This document shows, one piece after another, positions 27,413-36,496 of a stretch of DNA of 64,000 nt. Under the pieces are notes generated by a model. The model was not told the origin of the DNA, searched no databases, and worked only from the letters and a program-made list of their open reading frames with translations. Origin of the DNA: an uncultured Gemmatimonadales bacterium (GTDB lineage Bacteria; Gemmatimonadota; Gemmatimonadetes; Gemmatimonadales; GWC2-71-9); the NCBI GenBank assembly GCA_963821525.1, contig CAWGED010000005.1, positions 608,001 to 672,000 on the forward strand. Direction: 5' to 3'. Made by a program: the position numbers and the translations under genes. Position 1 is the stretch's first letter; each line of letters begins with the position of its first letter.

Positions 27413-28791
27413 GACTGCGGTATGCCCGATTCTTTCAGGATCGTCTCGACGGCGAGCATGGTCTCCATCGTGACCGGCTCGCCGATCTGCGTCGGCGGTT
27501 CCCCGAAATACGTTCCGAAGTTCAGCGTCGGCGCAGCTCGGGGGAGTACGGCTTCTATGGCCTGGCGGATCAGGCGTCGGCCGTGCGCAACATTCGCGGC
27601 TTCGCGGAGGGCTTGGGCCAGGCCTTTGATCACGTTCTGGTACTGGGAATCGGCGGGTCCGCGCTCGGGGTGAAAGCGCTGCTCAATGCGCTGCGCGAGC
27701 CGGGCTGGAATGAGCTGAGCGACGAGGGGCGGGAGTTCTATCCCCGGCTCACCGTGCTGGACAACGTGGACCCCTCGACGGTTGCCGCGGCCTTGCGGCG
27801 GATCGACCCACGACGGGTCCTGGTCAACGTGGTGAGCAAATCGGGCGGCACCGCCGAAACGATGGCCCAGTACCTCGTGGTGCGGGCCTGGCTCGAGGAA
27901 GTGCTGGGACAGGCGGTGAACCGCCATCTGGTCTTCACTACCGATCCAGCCCGTGGGGCGCTGCGTGAAATCGCCAACCGGGATGGGATCGCGGCCCTGG
28001 AAGTTCCACCCGAGGTTGGCGGGCGATTCAGTGTTTTGTCGCCCGTGGGGCTTCTCCCCGCGGCACTCGTGGGCATCGACATCGAGCAGTTGTTGGCCGG
28101 CGCCCGGCAGGCGCTGGATGCGGCGCAGCCCGACGAGCTGCTGAAGAATCGTCCCGCCCTCTACAGCGCCCTCCTCTGGTCCGCCGATGCGACCCTGGGC
28201 GCCAAGCTCCATGTGCTCATGCCTTACAGTGACCGGCTCCGGGAGTTCGCGGAATGGTACCGTCAGCTCTGGGCCGAGAGTCTGGGCAAGGCTCAGGATC
28301 GGCGCGGCTCCCTGGTGAACCGGGGACCCACTCCGATTGCCGCGGTGGGCGCCACCGACCAGCACAGCCAGGTGCAGCTCTTCATGGAGGGCCCGTTCGA
28401 CAAAGTCGTCTCGTTCCTCACCGTGGAGAATTTCGGAAACGACGTGGCGATCCCCCAGCGGTCGGACCAGCCGCCGGACCTTGCCTATTTGCCGGGTCAC
28501 ACGCTCGGTGAACTGCTCCGGGCCGAGCAGGGGGCAACTGCCGCGGCCCTCTCCCGCATGGGCCGCATGAACTGCACGCTCGAGTTACCCGACCTCTCGG
28601 CGCGAAGCCTGGGTGAAGCGATCATGTTCTTCCAGATCGCCACGGGGTACGCCGGCGTCTGGTACGGAGTGAATCCCTTCGATCAGCCCGGGGTCGAGCT
28701 GGGCAAGAAGTTGACCTATGCCGCGATGGGACGCCCGGGATTTACCGCCGACTCGGACAGCTCGCCATCCGACGATGGAGACGTGGTCTAA
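27409..28791 (+). CDS. pgi: Glucose-6-phosphate isomerase
   Basis: GIGGSALG, SKSGGTAET, VGGRFSV, QLWAESLGK, DQHS, NPFDQPGVELGK. Confidence 0.96.
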   Translation: MRLRYARFFQDRLDGEHGLHRDRLADLRRRFPEIRSEVQRRRSSGEYGFYGLADQASAVRNIRGFAEGLGQAFDHVLVLGIGGSALGVKALLNALREPGWNELSDEGREFYPRLTVLDNVDPSTVAAALRRIDPRRVLVNVVSKSGGTAETMAQYLVVRAWLEEVLGQAVNRHLVFTTDPARGALREIANRDGIAALEVPPEVGGRFSVLSPVGLLPAALVGIDIEQLLAGARQALDAAQPDELLKNRPALYSALLWSADATLGAKLHVLMPYSDRLREFAEWYRQLWAESLGKAQDRRGSLVNRGPTPIAAVGATDQHSQVQLFMEGPFDKVVSFLTVENFGNDVAIPQRSDQPPDLAYLPGHTLGELLRAEQGATAAALSRMGRMNCTLELPDLSARSLGEAIMFFQIATGYAGVWYGVNPFDQPGVELGKKLTYAAMGRPGFTADSDSSPSDDGDVV

Positions 28792-28797
28792 CCTCTC

Positions 28798-29235
28798 ATG
28801 GTTGCCGCCCTCCTCCTCGCGCTCCTGGCTGGGCTCCTGCTTCCGCTGCAGGCTGGCATCAACAGCCAGCTTCGATCCAGTCTCGGTCATCCTCTCGTCG
28901 CAACGCTCGTCTCATTCCTGGTGGGAAGCGTCGCCATCGCGGTCGTGATGCTCGGCTTGCGGGTGTCGATCCCCGCTGCGGGGTTCCGGACCGCCCCCTT
29001 GTGGCACTGGACCGGTGGGATCCTGGGCGCTGTCTATGTGCTGGTGACGGTAGTGGTCGCTCCACGACTCGGCGCCGCCACAATGATCGCGACGATCATC
29101 GCCGGCCAGATGCTCGCCTCATTGCTGCTGGACCATTACGGCGTCGCCGGCTATGCCCCGCATTCGGTCAATGCGTGGCGCATCGCAGGCGCGCTGTTGA
29201 TCATTGCCGGGGTGGTCGTGATCCAGCGTAATTGA
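28798..29235 (+). CDS. DMT family transporter (YdcZ-like)
   Basis: LQAGINSQL, WTGGILGA, GQMLASLLLDHYG. Confidence 0.9.
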   Translation: MVAALLLALLAGLLLPLQAGINSQLRSSLGHPLVATLVSFLVGSVAIAVVMLGLRVSIPAAGFRTAPLWHWTGGILGAVYVLVTVVVAPRLGAATMIATIIAGQMLASLLLDHYGVAGYAPHSVNAWRIAGALLIIAGVVVIQRN

Positions 29236-29247
29236 CCACTTTGAGGT

Positions 29248-29276
29248 TTGACGCTCCCGGGCCCTTCCGGTAGCTT
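29248..29276 (+). promoter_or_regulatory. Putative sigma70 promoter
   Basis: TTGACG-17 nt-TAGCTT upstream of the GAGGAG RBS of the 29325 ORF. Confidence 0.55.
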
Positions 29277-29324
29277 TTTCGGCGTACTCGATGGTTACCT
29301 CGATCGCTGTGAGGAGTAAAAACG

Positions 29325-29696
29325 ATGGCTGATATTGATCTCGATGAGCGCGGCGTGGTCTACGTCGAACGCGAGAGCGGCTCGGTCAAGCCGGTGCTGC
29401 TTGGACTCTTGCTGGGGTTGGGATTGGGCCTGTTGTTCGCGCCGCAGAGCGGGGAACAGACCCGCCGAGGGCTCAATCGCCGGCTGCGGAAATTTCGCGC
29501 CCTCGCCGAGGAGACGGTGGACGAGCTGAGCGAGCGATTCACCGGATCCCACCGGGTCGCCGGAGGTGGCGACGACGAGCCGGAAGAAGAGCCGGTCGAG
29601 CGGGAGACCAGCGTGCGCGACGATCTTGAACGGCGGCTGTCGGCCGCCCGCGCCCGGCGCCGTGCAACGGCGGAAGACGAGGAGCAGCACGCCTGA
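29325..29696 (+). CDS. YtxH-domain protein
   Basis: GLLLGLGLGLLFAPQSGEQTRR motif. Confidence 0.85.
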   Translation: MADIDLDERGVVYVERESGSVKPVLLGLLLGLGLGLLFAPQSGEQTRRGLNRRLRKFRALAEETVDELSERFTGSHRVAGGGDDEPEEEPVERETSVRDDLERRLSAARARRRATAEDEEQHA

Positions 29697-29728
29697 GCAT
29701 CAGCCAGCGCCGGACCTGGCATGGGAGC

Positions 29729-30631
29729 GTGGGCGGTTTCATCCAGCGCACCCTTCAGATCGCCGACGAAAACCACATTCCCTTCCTCGCGAGCGCGCTC
29801 ACATTTGACGCGCTGCTCGCCGCGATCCCGTTCATCCTGCTGTTGCTGGTCGGACTGACCCATGCGGCACGGCTCAGTTCCGCGGCCCCCCCCGGCGAGC
29901 TGAACTCGATCCTCGAGCACTTTCTACCGGGGCATGACACCACACCCGGCCACGATCCCTTCGCGGTGATCGAGGCCTTGCTGGTCCGGGTGACCCAGCA
30001 CCGCGGGACCATCTCGTTGTACTCGATCCCGCTCTTCATCTGGTTCAGCACCCGGCTCTTCAGCGCGATCCGCACCGCACTGAACGAGATCTTCGACGTG
30101 TCGGTCCACGCGCCCCGGCGGCACTTCGTCCTGGCCTACATTTTCGGCAAGCTGCGCGACGCGGGCATGGTGCTGACTGTACTGGTCCTCCTGCTGAGCA
30201 ACACGCTGCTAACCGCGGGCCTTGGAGTACTCCAGGCCAGAGGCAGTCGTGCTGTCGAGGCGATGCCATATATCGGGTTCTTCGTGACCAGCCTGGGCCA
30301 GGCGCTCACCCAGTTCCTGACCTTCCTGTTGGCGGTGAGCCTGTTCTATGTGGTCTACAAGTACGCCAGCATCCGGCGGCTGCCCTGGCGGGCCGCGTTG
30401 CTCGCCTCGGGGATCACCGCGGTACTTTTCGAGGTGGCCAAGCGCCTCTTCGGCTGGTACCTCCGCTTCGCCCTGGTCAACTCGGTTTCGGTAGACGCGA
30501 ACGTCGGCGCCCTGATTCTTTTCGTCGTCTGGCTCTACTACACCGCTCTCGTCTTCCTCCTCGGCGGCGTCATCGCTGAAACCTGGGACCTGCGAGTCCG
30601 TCAGCGTCGGCAGGAAGCGGTTCTTGCGTAA
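29729..30631 (+). CDS. YihY/BrkB family membrane protein
   Basis: LASALTF..LLAAIPF, RTALNEIF, VWLYYTALVFLLGG. Confidence 0.88.
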   Translation: MGGFIQRTLQIADENHIPFLASALTFDALLAAIPFILLLLVGLTHAARLSSAAPPGELNSILEHFLPGHDTTPGHDPFAVIEALLVRVTQHRGTISLYSIPLFIWFSTRLFSAIRTALNEIFDVSVHAPRRHFVLAYIFGKLRDAGMVLTVLVLLLSNTLLTAGLGVLQARGSRAVEAMPYIGFFVTSLGQALTQFLTFLLAVSLFYVVYKYASIRRLPWRAALLASGITAVLFEVAKRLFGWYLRFALVNSVSVDANVGALILFVVWLYYTALVFLLGGVIAETWDLRVRQRRQEAVLA

Positions 30632-30640
30632 TGTTTGAGA

Positions 30641-30765
30641 GGGAGTAGGGAGTAGGTGGTCGGGAGTAGGGGATGCGGCCATAAGCTATAGCCGCCGATC
30701 CCGACTCCTAGTCACCCTCCCGGACGATCTTACACCCCACTCCCTACACCCTACTCCCTACAACC
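30641..30765. repeat. Inverted heptamer tandem-repeat hairpin (GGGAGTA / TACTCCC)
   Basis: Units at 30641-30675; complementary units at 30701-30765. Confidence 0.85.
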
Positions 30766-30770
30766 TATTC

Positions 30771-33470
30771 ATGCGTCTACTCCTGCTCCTCCTGTTGTTG
30801 CCCGCTACTGCCCGCGCCCAGGACTTCGACTTCTACGCCCGCGGCCCCTACCGGAGCCAGGTCCCTCGTCCCGATACGCTCCTGGGATATCGCGTCGGCT
30901 CTCAGCAGACGATGTACTACCAGCAGCAGCAGGTGTTCGACCGCATGATCGCGGCGGCATCCGATCGGGTCCGGACCGAGGTGATCGGACGCTCGGTGGA
31001 AGGGAAGGTGATGCGGCTCCTGATCATTTCGTCGCCGGAGAACATCGCGCGGCTGGATCAGATCCGGGCCGATCTGGCGAAACTGGCCGATCCGCGGAAG
31101 ACGACGGCGGAGGAGGCGGCGGCGATCGCCCAGCGCACGCCGGTCACCGTGTTGCTGACACACTCGGTACATGGCAACGAACCAGCCGGGTTCGAGGCCT
31201 CGATGCAGACGGCCTACCAGCTCCTGGCTTCAGATGAGCCGGCGACCCAGGCCATTCTCAAGAACTGTGTGGTGCTGATCAACCCGTCGCAGAATCCCGA
31301 TGGCCACGAGCGCTTCGCGGCGTGGTACAACTCGGTAGCGGTGGGAACCGACGAGCCCGCGGCGCTCGAGCAGACCGAGCCCTGGGCCATCTGGGGTCGC
31401 TACAATCACTACCGGTTCGACATGAACCGGGATCAGTTGGCGCAGTCGCAACCGGAGAGCCAGGCCCTGGGAAGTGTCTACGTCCGCTGGCGGCCCCAGG
31501 TGATCGCCGATCTGCACAGCACCACGTCGCAGTACTTCTTCCCGCCGGTGGCCGAGGCGCACAACAAGAATCTCCCCTCGACCACGTATCAATGGTTCGA
31601 GCGTTTCGGCCGGAACAATGGCCGCGCCTTCGACGGCTACGGGTGGCAGTATTACGTGCGGGACATCTTCGACTTCTTCTATCCCGGCTACATCGACATG
31701 TGGCCCACGATGCGCGGCGGACTCGGCATGACGTTCGAGACCGACGGGGGGCCGGAGCTCAAGAAGCGGAAGGACGATGGGACCTGGACCACGTTCGAAA
31801 TGGCGATTGCGCACCACTACATCGCCTCGTTGACGACTCTCGCCACCGCCGCCGACAGCAGGGCCGAGCTGCTCCAGGACTTCTACCAGTTCCACTCGAC
31901 CGGCATGAACGAGGTGAAGAACCGGCCGATGAAGCGGGTCGTGTTCCTCGCCTCACCCGATCCCGCGCGGGCGCGCTGGCTGGCCCGCCGCCTCGCGCGG
32001 GAGGAGATCCAGGTGGTCCAGACCACCAAGCCGTTCACGGCGCTCAAGGCGAACTCCTACCTGGGAGGTGCCGCGGCGCAGCACACGTTCCCCGCGGGGA
32101 GTTATGTGGTCGATCTCGCTCAACCCGAGGCGCGTCTCGCCACCAGCATCCTCGAGCCCAAGGCCGTGTTCGATTCCGGTTTCGTCCGGAAGGAGCTGGA
32201 CAAGTACGATCGTAACCAGGTGCGCGGACGCCGGGCCGGCAGCGAGGGCTACGACTTCTACGACATTACCGCCTGGTCACTGCCACTCACGCTGGGCCTC
32301 GACGCCTGGTGGACCGAGGACACGCCTTCGATCGCCGGCGATACGGTCACGGTTGACGGCAAGTTGCCCGAGGTTGCCGCCCCGCTCAGGGCCCAGTCGG
32401 CATACGTGTTCACCGACGAGGCACAGGCCGGAACCAGCCTCGCCTACCGGCTGCTCGATGAAGGATTCCGGGTCGGCGTGGCCTCGCAGCAGCTGAGAGC
32501 CGACGGCAAGGCTTATCCGCGCGGGACATTCGTCGTTCGGGTCCAGCGCAATCCGGCCTCGGTGCACGAGCGGATCGCTGCCCTGTCCCGGGAGCTCGGC
32601 GTGCCGGTTACCGCCGTCGGCTCGGCGTTCCCCGACAGCGGCGATGCCGGTGTCGGCAGCGAGAGCGTCGAGGCGCTGAATCGCCCGAAGATCCTGCTCG
32701 CCGCCGGAGACGGCATCGATCAGACCGCCTTCGGTGCCGTCTGGTTCTATCTCGAGAAGGAAGTCGGCATGCGGGTCGTGCCGGTCAATCTCTCCAGCCT
32801 CCGCCGGATCAACCTGGCCGACTATAACTGCCTCATCCTGGCCGGGGGCGACGGCGACGACCAGTGGAACGAGTTGGGCAGCGAAGGCGGCGAGAAGCTC
32901 AAGGCGTGGGTCGAATCCGGTGCGGCGGTGATTGCGATCGGAGACGCGGCGACCCTCCTCTCCCGGAAAGAACTCAAGCTGACCGGACTTCGAATCGTGG
33001 GCGAGGAGGATTCGACCGCCAAGGTCGCGAAGGACACGACCGCGAAGGACACGCTGGTGAGCGAGCGGGCCAAGCCGGCGCCGCCTCTGGTCTCTCCCAG
33101 CGCTGCCGCTGGAAGCCGGCCCGAGTTCATTCCCGGCGCCATCTTCCGCGCGACCCTCGACCGCACCCACTGGCTCACCTACGGCTACGAGCGAGATCAG
33201 TTGCCGGTCTTCATCGAGTCGAGTCGCTTGCTCAAGCCTTCCGAGCGCGGCGCCAATCCGGTGGTGTTCGTCGGGAAGGACCTGACACTCGCCGGCTTCA
33301 CCTGGCCCGACAACACCGAGAAGTATCTCAGGAACGCGGTGTGGGCCACGGTGGAGAACTCGGGCAGCGGGCGAGTCATCGTGTTCGCGGACAATCCGGT
33401 CTACCGCGGATTCTGGCGCGGAACGGCGAAGCTCCTGACTAACGCGATTCTGCTGGGACCGCAGCGCTGA
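30771..33470 (+). CDS. Exported M14-family zinc carboxypeptidase
   Basis: Signal peptide, SVHGNE, NPDG, DMNRD, DLH motifs; C-terminal GATase-like domain. Confidence 0.9.
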   Translation: MRLLLLLLLLPATARAQDFDFYARGPYRSQVPRPDTLLGYRVGSQQTMYYQQQQVFDRMIAAASDRVRTEVIGRSVEGKVMRLLIISSPENIARLDQIRADLAKLADPRKTTAEEAAAIAQRTPVTVLLTHSVHGNEPAGFEASMQTAYQLLASDEPATQAILKNCVVLINPSQNPDGHERFAAWYNSVAVGTDEPAALEQTEPWAIWGRYNHYRFDMNRDQLAQSQPESQALGSVYVRWRPQVIADLHSTTSQYFFPPVAEAHNKNLPSTTYQWFERFGRNNGRAFDGYGWQYYVRDIFDFFYPGYIDMWPTMRGGLGMTFETDGGPELKKRKDDGTWTTFEMAIAHHYIASLTTLATAADSRAELLQDFYQFHSTGMNEVKNRPMKRVVFLASPDPARARWLARRLAREEIQVVQTTKPFTALKANSYLGGAAAQHTFPAGSYVVDLAQPEARLATSILEPKAVFDSGFVRKELDKYDRNQVRGRRAGSEGYDFYDITAWSLPLTLGLDAWWTEDTPSIAGDTVTVDGKLPEVAAPLRAQSAYVFTDEAQAGTSLAYRLLDEGFRVGVASQQLRADGKAYPRGTFVVRVQRNPASVHERIAALSRELGVPVTAVGSAFPDSGDAGVGSESVEALNRPKILLAAGDGIDQTAFGAVWFYLEKEVGMRVVPVNLSSLRRINLADYNCLILAGGDGDDQWNELGSEGGEKLKAWVESGAAVIAIGDAATLLSRKELKLTGLRIVGEEDSTAKVAKDTTAKDTLVSERAKPAPPLVSPSAAAGSRPEFIPGAIFRATLDRTHWLTYGYERDQLPVFIESSRLLKPSERGANPVVFVGKDLTLAGFTWPDNTEKYLRNAVWATVENSGSGRVIVFADNPVYRGFWRGTAKLLTNAILLGPQR

Positions 33471-33475
33471 ATCTC

Positions 33476-34354
33476 GTGATCCTGGCCGCCGGCGCCGGAA
33501 GCCGGTATGGTGGCGCCAAGCAGCTGGAAGCGGTTGGCCCGGGTGGTGCGACCCTGATGGAGTATTCCATCTACGACGCCATCCGGGCTTCGGTTGAGTG
33601 CCTGATCTTCGTGGTTCGGCCCGGAACCGATCCGGGTCTGCTCGACCGCTGGTCCCGCAGATATTCCCCTCACGCCGAAGTGAAGTTCGCCTTTCAGGGC
33701 GACGACGTTCCCTCACCCGGGGCGCCGCGAAACCGTCCCTGGGGAACGGTCCATGCGTTGCTCAGCGCTCGAACAGCGGTCACGGGACCGTTCGTCGTGC
33801 TCAACGCCGACGATTTCTACGGCCGCGACGCACTGGAGGTGGCTTTCGGATTTCTTGGCCCGCTCACTGGCGATACCCCCCGGTGGGCAGTGCTTGGCTA
33901 TCGGCTGGAAAACACGGTGAGTAGTACGCTGGGCGTGAACCGCGCGTTGCTGCGGATAAACGCGGGTGGGAGACTTCGCTCAATCGCCGAAGTGAGCCAG
34001 CTCCGTCCGGGAGCGGAGGGCAAGTTCATCGGGCTCCTGTCCGGCTCGATCCGGGAATTTTCCGGCGATCTCCTGGTCTCGATGAACCTCTGGGCCTTCA
34101 CCCCCGCGATCTTCCCCTTGCTGGAACAGACTTTCGCGGAATTCGTCGCCTCGAGCCCGGGCCCTGACCAGGAATTGGTGCTGCCCGAGGCAATTGATTC
34201 TCTGCTGCGCGCGGGCGGGATCGAGGTACAAGTCCTTCCCACCCGCGGTATCGGCTTCGGTCTCACCCATCCCGAGGACAAGCCTCAGGTCGCGGCCACA
34301 CTGCGCGGCCTGGTCCAGGCCGGCCATTACCCTCAGGCACTTTGGGAGGCCTGA
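33476..34354 (+). CDS. Sugar-phosphate nucleotidyltransferase family protein
   Basis: ILAAGAGSRYGGAKQL, PWGTVHA, NADDFYG, SMNLWAF. Confidence 0.88.
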   Translation: MILAAGAGSRYGGAKQLEAVGPGGATLMEYSIYDAIRASVECLIFVVRPGTDPGLLDRWSRRYSPHAEVKFAFQGDDVPSPGAPRNRPWGTVHALLSARTAVTGPFVVLNADDFYGRDALEVAFGFLGPLTGDTPRWAVLGYRLENTVSSTLGVNRALLRINAGGRLRSIAEVSQLRPGAEGKFIGLLSGSIREFSGDLLVSMNLWAFTPAIFPLLEQTFAEFVASSPGPDQELVLPEAIDSLLRAGGIEVQVLPTRGIGFGLTHPEDKPQVAATLRGLVQAGHYPQALWEA

Positions 34355-36121
34355 GGAACTCGCCACATCCCAGGCACTACCCGCCATAGCCCGATTCCGC
34401 TTACCACGAAAATCACCAGCCAGAACAGAGCCGAGAGTGCTGCGGCCGTAGAGAAAACTCCCGGTACCGAACAGCGCCGAGTAGACAAAGGCGACTCCCA
34501 GCACCCAGCCCAGCAGCGCCTGCGGCAGGCTGTCGGGGGAGGGGCCCACCCCGGCTTCCGCGCGCACCTCGTTCCATCCCGGGCCGGCGGGCCGGACCAG
34601 ACGATAGAAGTCGAGCAACCGGCGTCGCTCGGTTGGCTCGGTCAGAAACGTGGTCGCGATCCAGACGACCGTCGTAATCGCGACGCTTAGCAGCAGCATG
34701 ATGTGGGATGGACCGGATGGCCGGCTCGGCCCAGGAAGTGGAATCCGATCGCGACCAGGAAGCTCGATACCATCGCCGCGATCTCGCTCCAGGCGTTCAC
34801 CCGCCACCAGAACCAGCGCAACAGATACATCAGGCCGGTGCCGGCGCCGATCGAGAGGATCAGGTCGAACGCATCCTTGGCGGTGCTCAGCGCGAGGTGC
34901 GTGAGCGCGGCGCAGACCATGAGCCCGCCGTGGTCAGCCGGCCCACCAGCACGTAGTGTCGCTCGTCCTTGTCGGGCCGCAGGAACCGGCGGTAGAAATC
35001 GTGCACCAGGTACGAAGTGCCCCAGTTGAGGTGGGTCTCGATGGTGGAGCGATACGCCGCGAGCGTTCCCGCCACGCACCAGGCCGAGGAACCCAGCCGG
35101 CAGGAAGCGCAGCATGGCGGGGTAGGCCATGTCGTGCCCGATGAGCTTCGGGTCCACGTAGGGGAAGGCGCGTCGCGATGTCGGAGAGCTGGGGATAGAC
35201 CAGGGTCGAGCACAGCGCCACGATGATCCAGGGCCAGGGGCGGAGCGCGTAGTGCATCACGTTGAAGAGCAGCGTGCCGGTCACCGCGTCCTTCTCGGTC
35301 TTGGCCGCCAGCATCCGCTGCGCGATGTAGCTGCCGCCGCCCGGCTCGGCGCCCGGGTACCAGACCGACCACCACTGCACCGTGATCGGCATGATGAAGA
35401 CCGTGAGCGCCGCTGCCCCAGTCGCCGAAGTCGGGGAGGAGGATGCAGCGTGTCGGCAGGGACCTTGGCCGAAGAGACCGGCTCAGCCCGCCCACCTCCG
35501 GGCGTTGCAGCGCGAAGTAGGCGGCCGCGAATCGTCCCGGTCATCGTGATCGTGAACTGGATCGAATCGGTGACCAGCACGCCCCAAAGCCCGGAGACCG
35601 ACGCGAAGAAGATGGTGATGACGGAGCAGACGAGCAGCGTCCGCTCCATCGGCCAGCCGAGGACCACGTTCGCGATCTTGGCGGCGGCCAGGTTCACCGT
35701 CGCCATGATCACGCAATTGAAGAGGAGGCCGAGATAGATTGCGCGGAAGCCGCGGAGCAGCCGTGCCGGCCGGGCCGGAGTAGCGCAGCTCGTAGAACTC
35801 GAGGTCGGTGAGGACGCCGGAGCGCCGCCAGAGCCGGGCGTAGAAGAAGACCGTCATCATGCCGGTGAGCAGGAAGGACCACCAGACCCAGTTATCGGCC
35901 ACGCCGTGCTCCCGCACCAGGTTGGTGACGAGGTTCGGCGTGTCGGTGCTGAAGGTGGTCGCCACCATCGAGACGCCGACCAGCCACCACGGCGCCGCGC
36001 GACCGGAGGTGAAGAACTCGCCGGTACTCGAGCTGGCCCGCCGCCAGAAGAAGAGGGCCGGCAGGAAGGAGATGAGAATGGATGCCGCGACAATCGCCCA
36101 ATCGAGCGAAGTGAGCTGCAT
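34333..36121 (-). CDS. Sodium:solute symporter family protein (multiple frameshifts)
   Basis: EFFTSGRAAPWWL.GVSMVATTFSTDTP, WWSVWYPGAEPGGGSYIAQRM, STIETHLNWG, RWFWWRVNAWSE spread over successive frames. Confidence 0.85.
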
Positions 36122-36166
36122 GCAATGGCTCCGAGGGAGGCAGGCCGAACGTTAGAGAGGGCGGGG

Positions 36167-36473
36167 GAAAGACGGTAGGTGGGGAGACGGGACAGCGTGA
36201 GAAGTAAGAGGTGAGATGTGAGAAGGCGGAGTTGTCAGCGTCGCTCCGTCGTGCTCATCCTTCTCACTTCTCACTTCTTGCTTCTCACGCTTTTCCTGTC
36301 CCCCTCCCTCGGCTATATTGGGCTGCCCCAGGTCCGAAGGGCGCTGGCGCGCGAACCGCGTCAGGACCTCGCCGGTAGCAGCGCTAAGCGATGTCCGGTG
36401 TCGCTTCGGGGTGCCTGGGGCATTTTTCTTTCTCTCCATCTCCCGTCTCCCGTCTCCCGTCTCACGTCCGTCC
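36167..36473. repeat. Nested heptamer hairpin (outer GGGAGAC/GTCTCCC, inner GTGAGAA/TTCTCAC); outer arms enclose ffs
   Basis: Inner arms at 36197-36224 and 36261-36288; outer arms at 36167-36195 (degenerate) and 36438-36473. Confidence 0.8.
36324..36422 (+). ncRNA. ffs: Signal recognition particle small RNA (4.5S)
   Basis: Terminal stem TGCCCCAGG/CCTGGGGCA, helix-8 core GAACCGCG-TCAGG-ACC..GGT-AGCA-GC, TATATT -10 box at 36314, T-tract after the stem, position upstream of dnaX. Confidence 0.88.
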
Positions 36474-36496
36474 GCCCCTTCCCGTTATTCTTGCCC

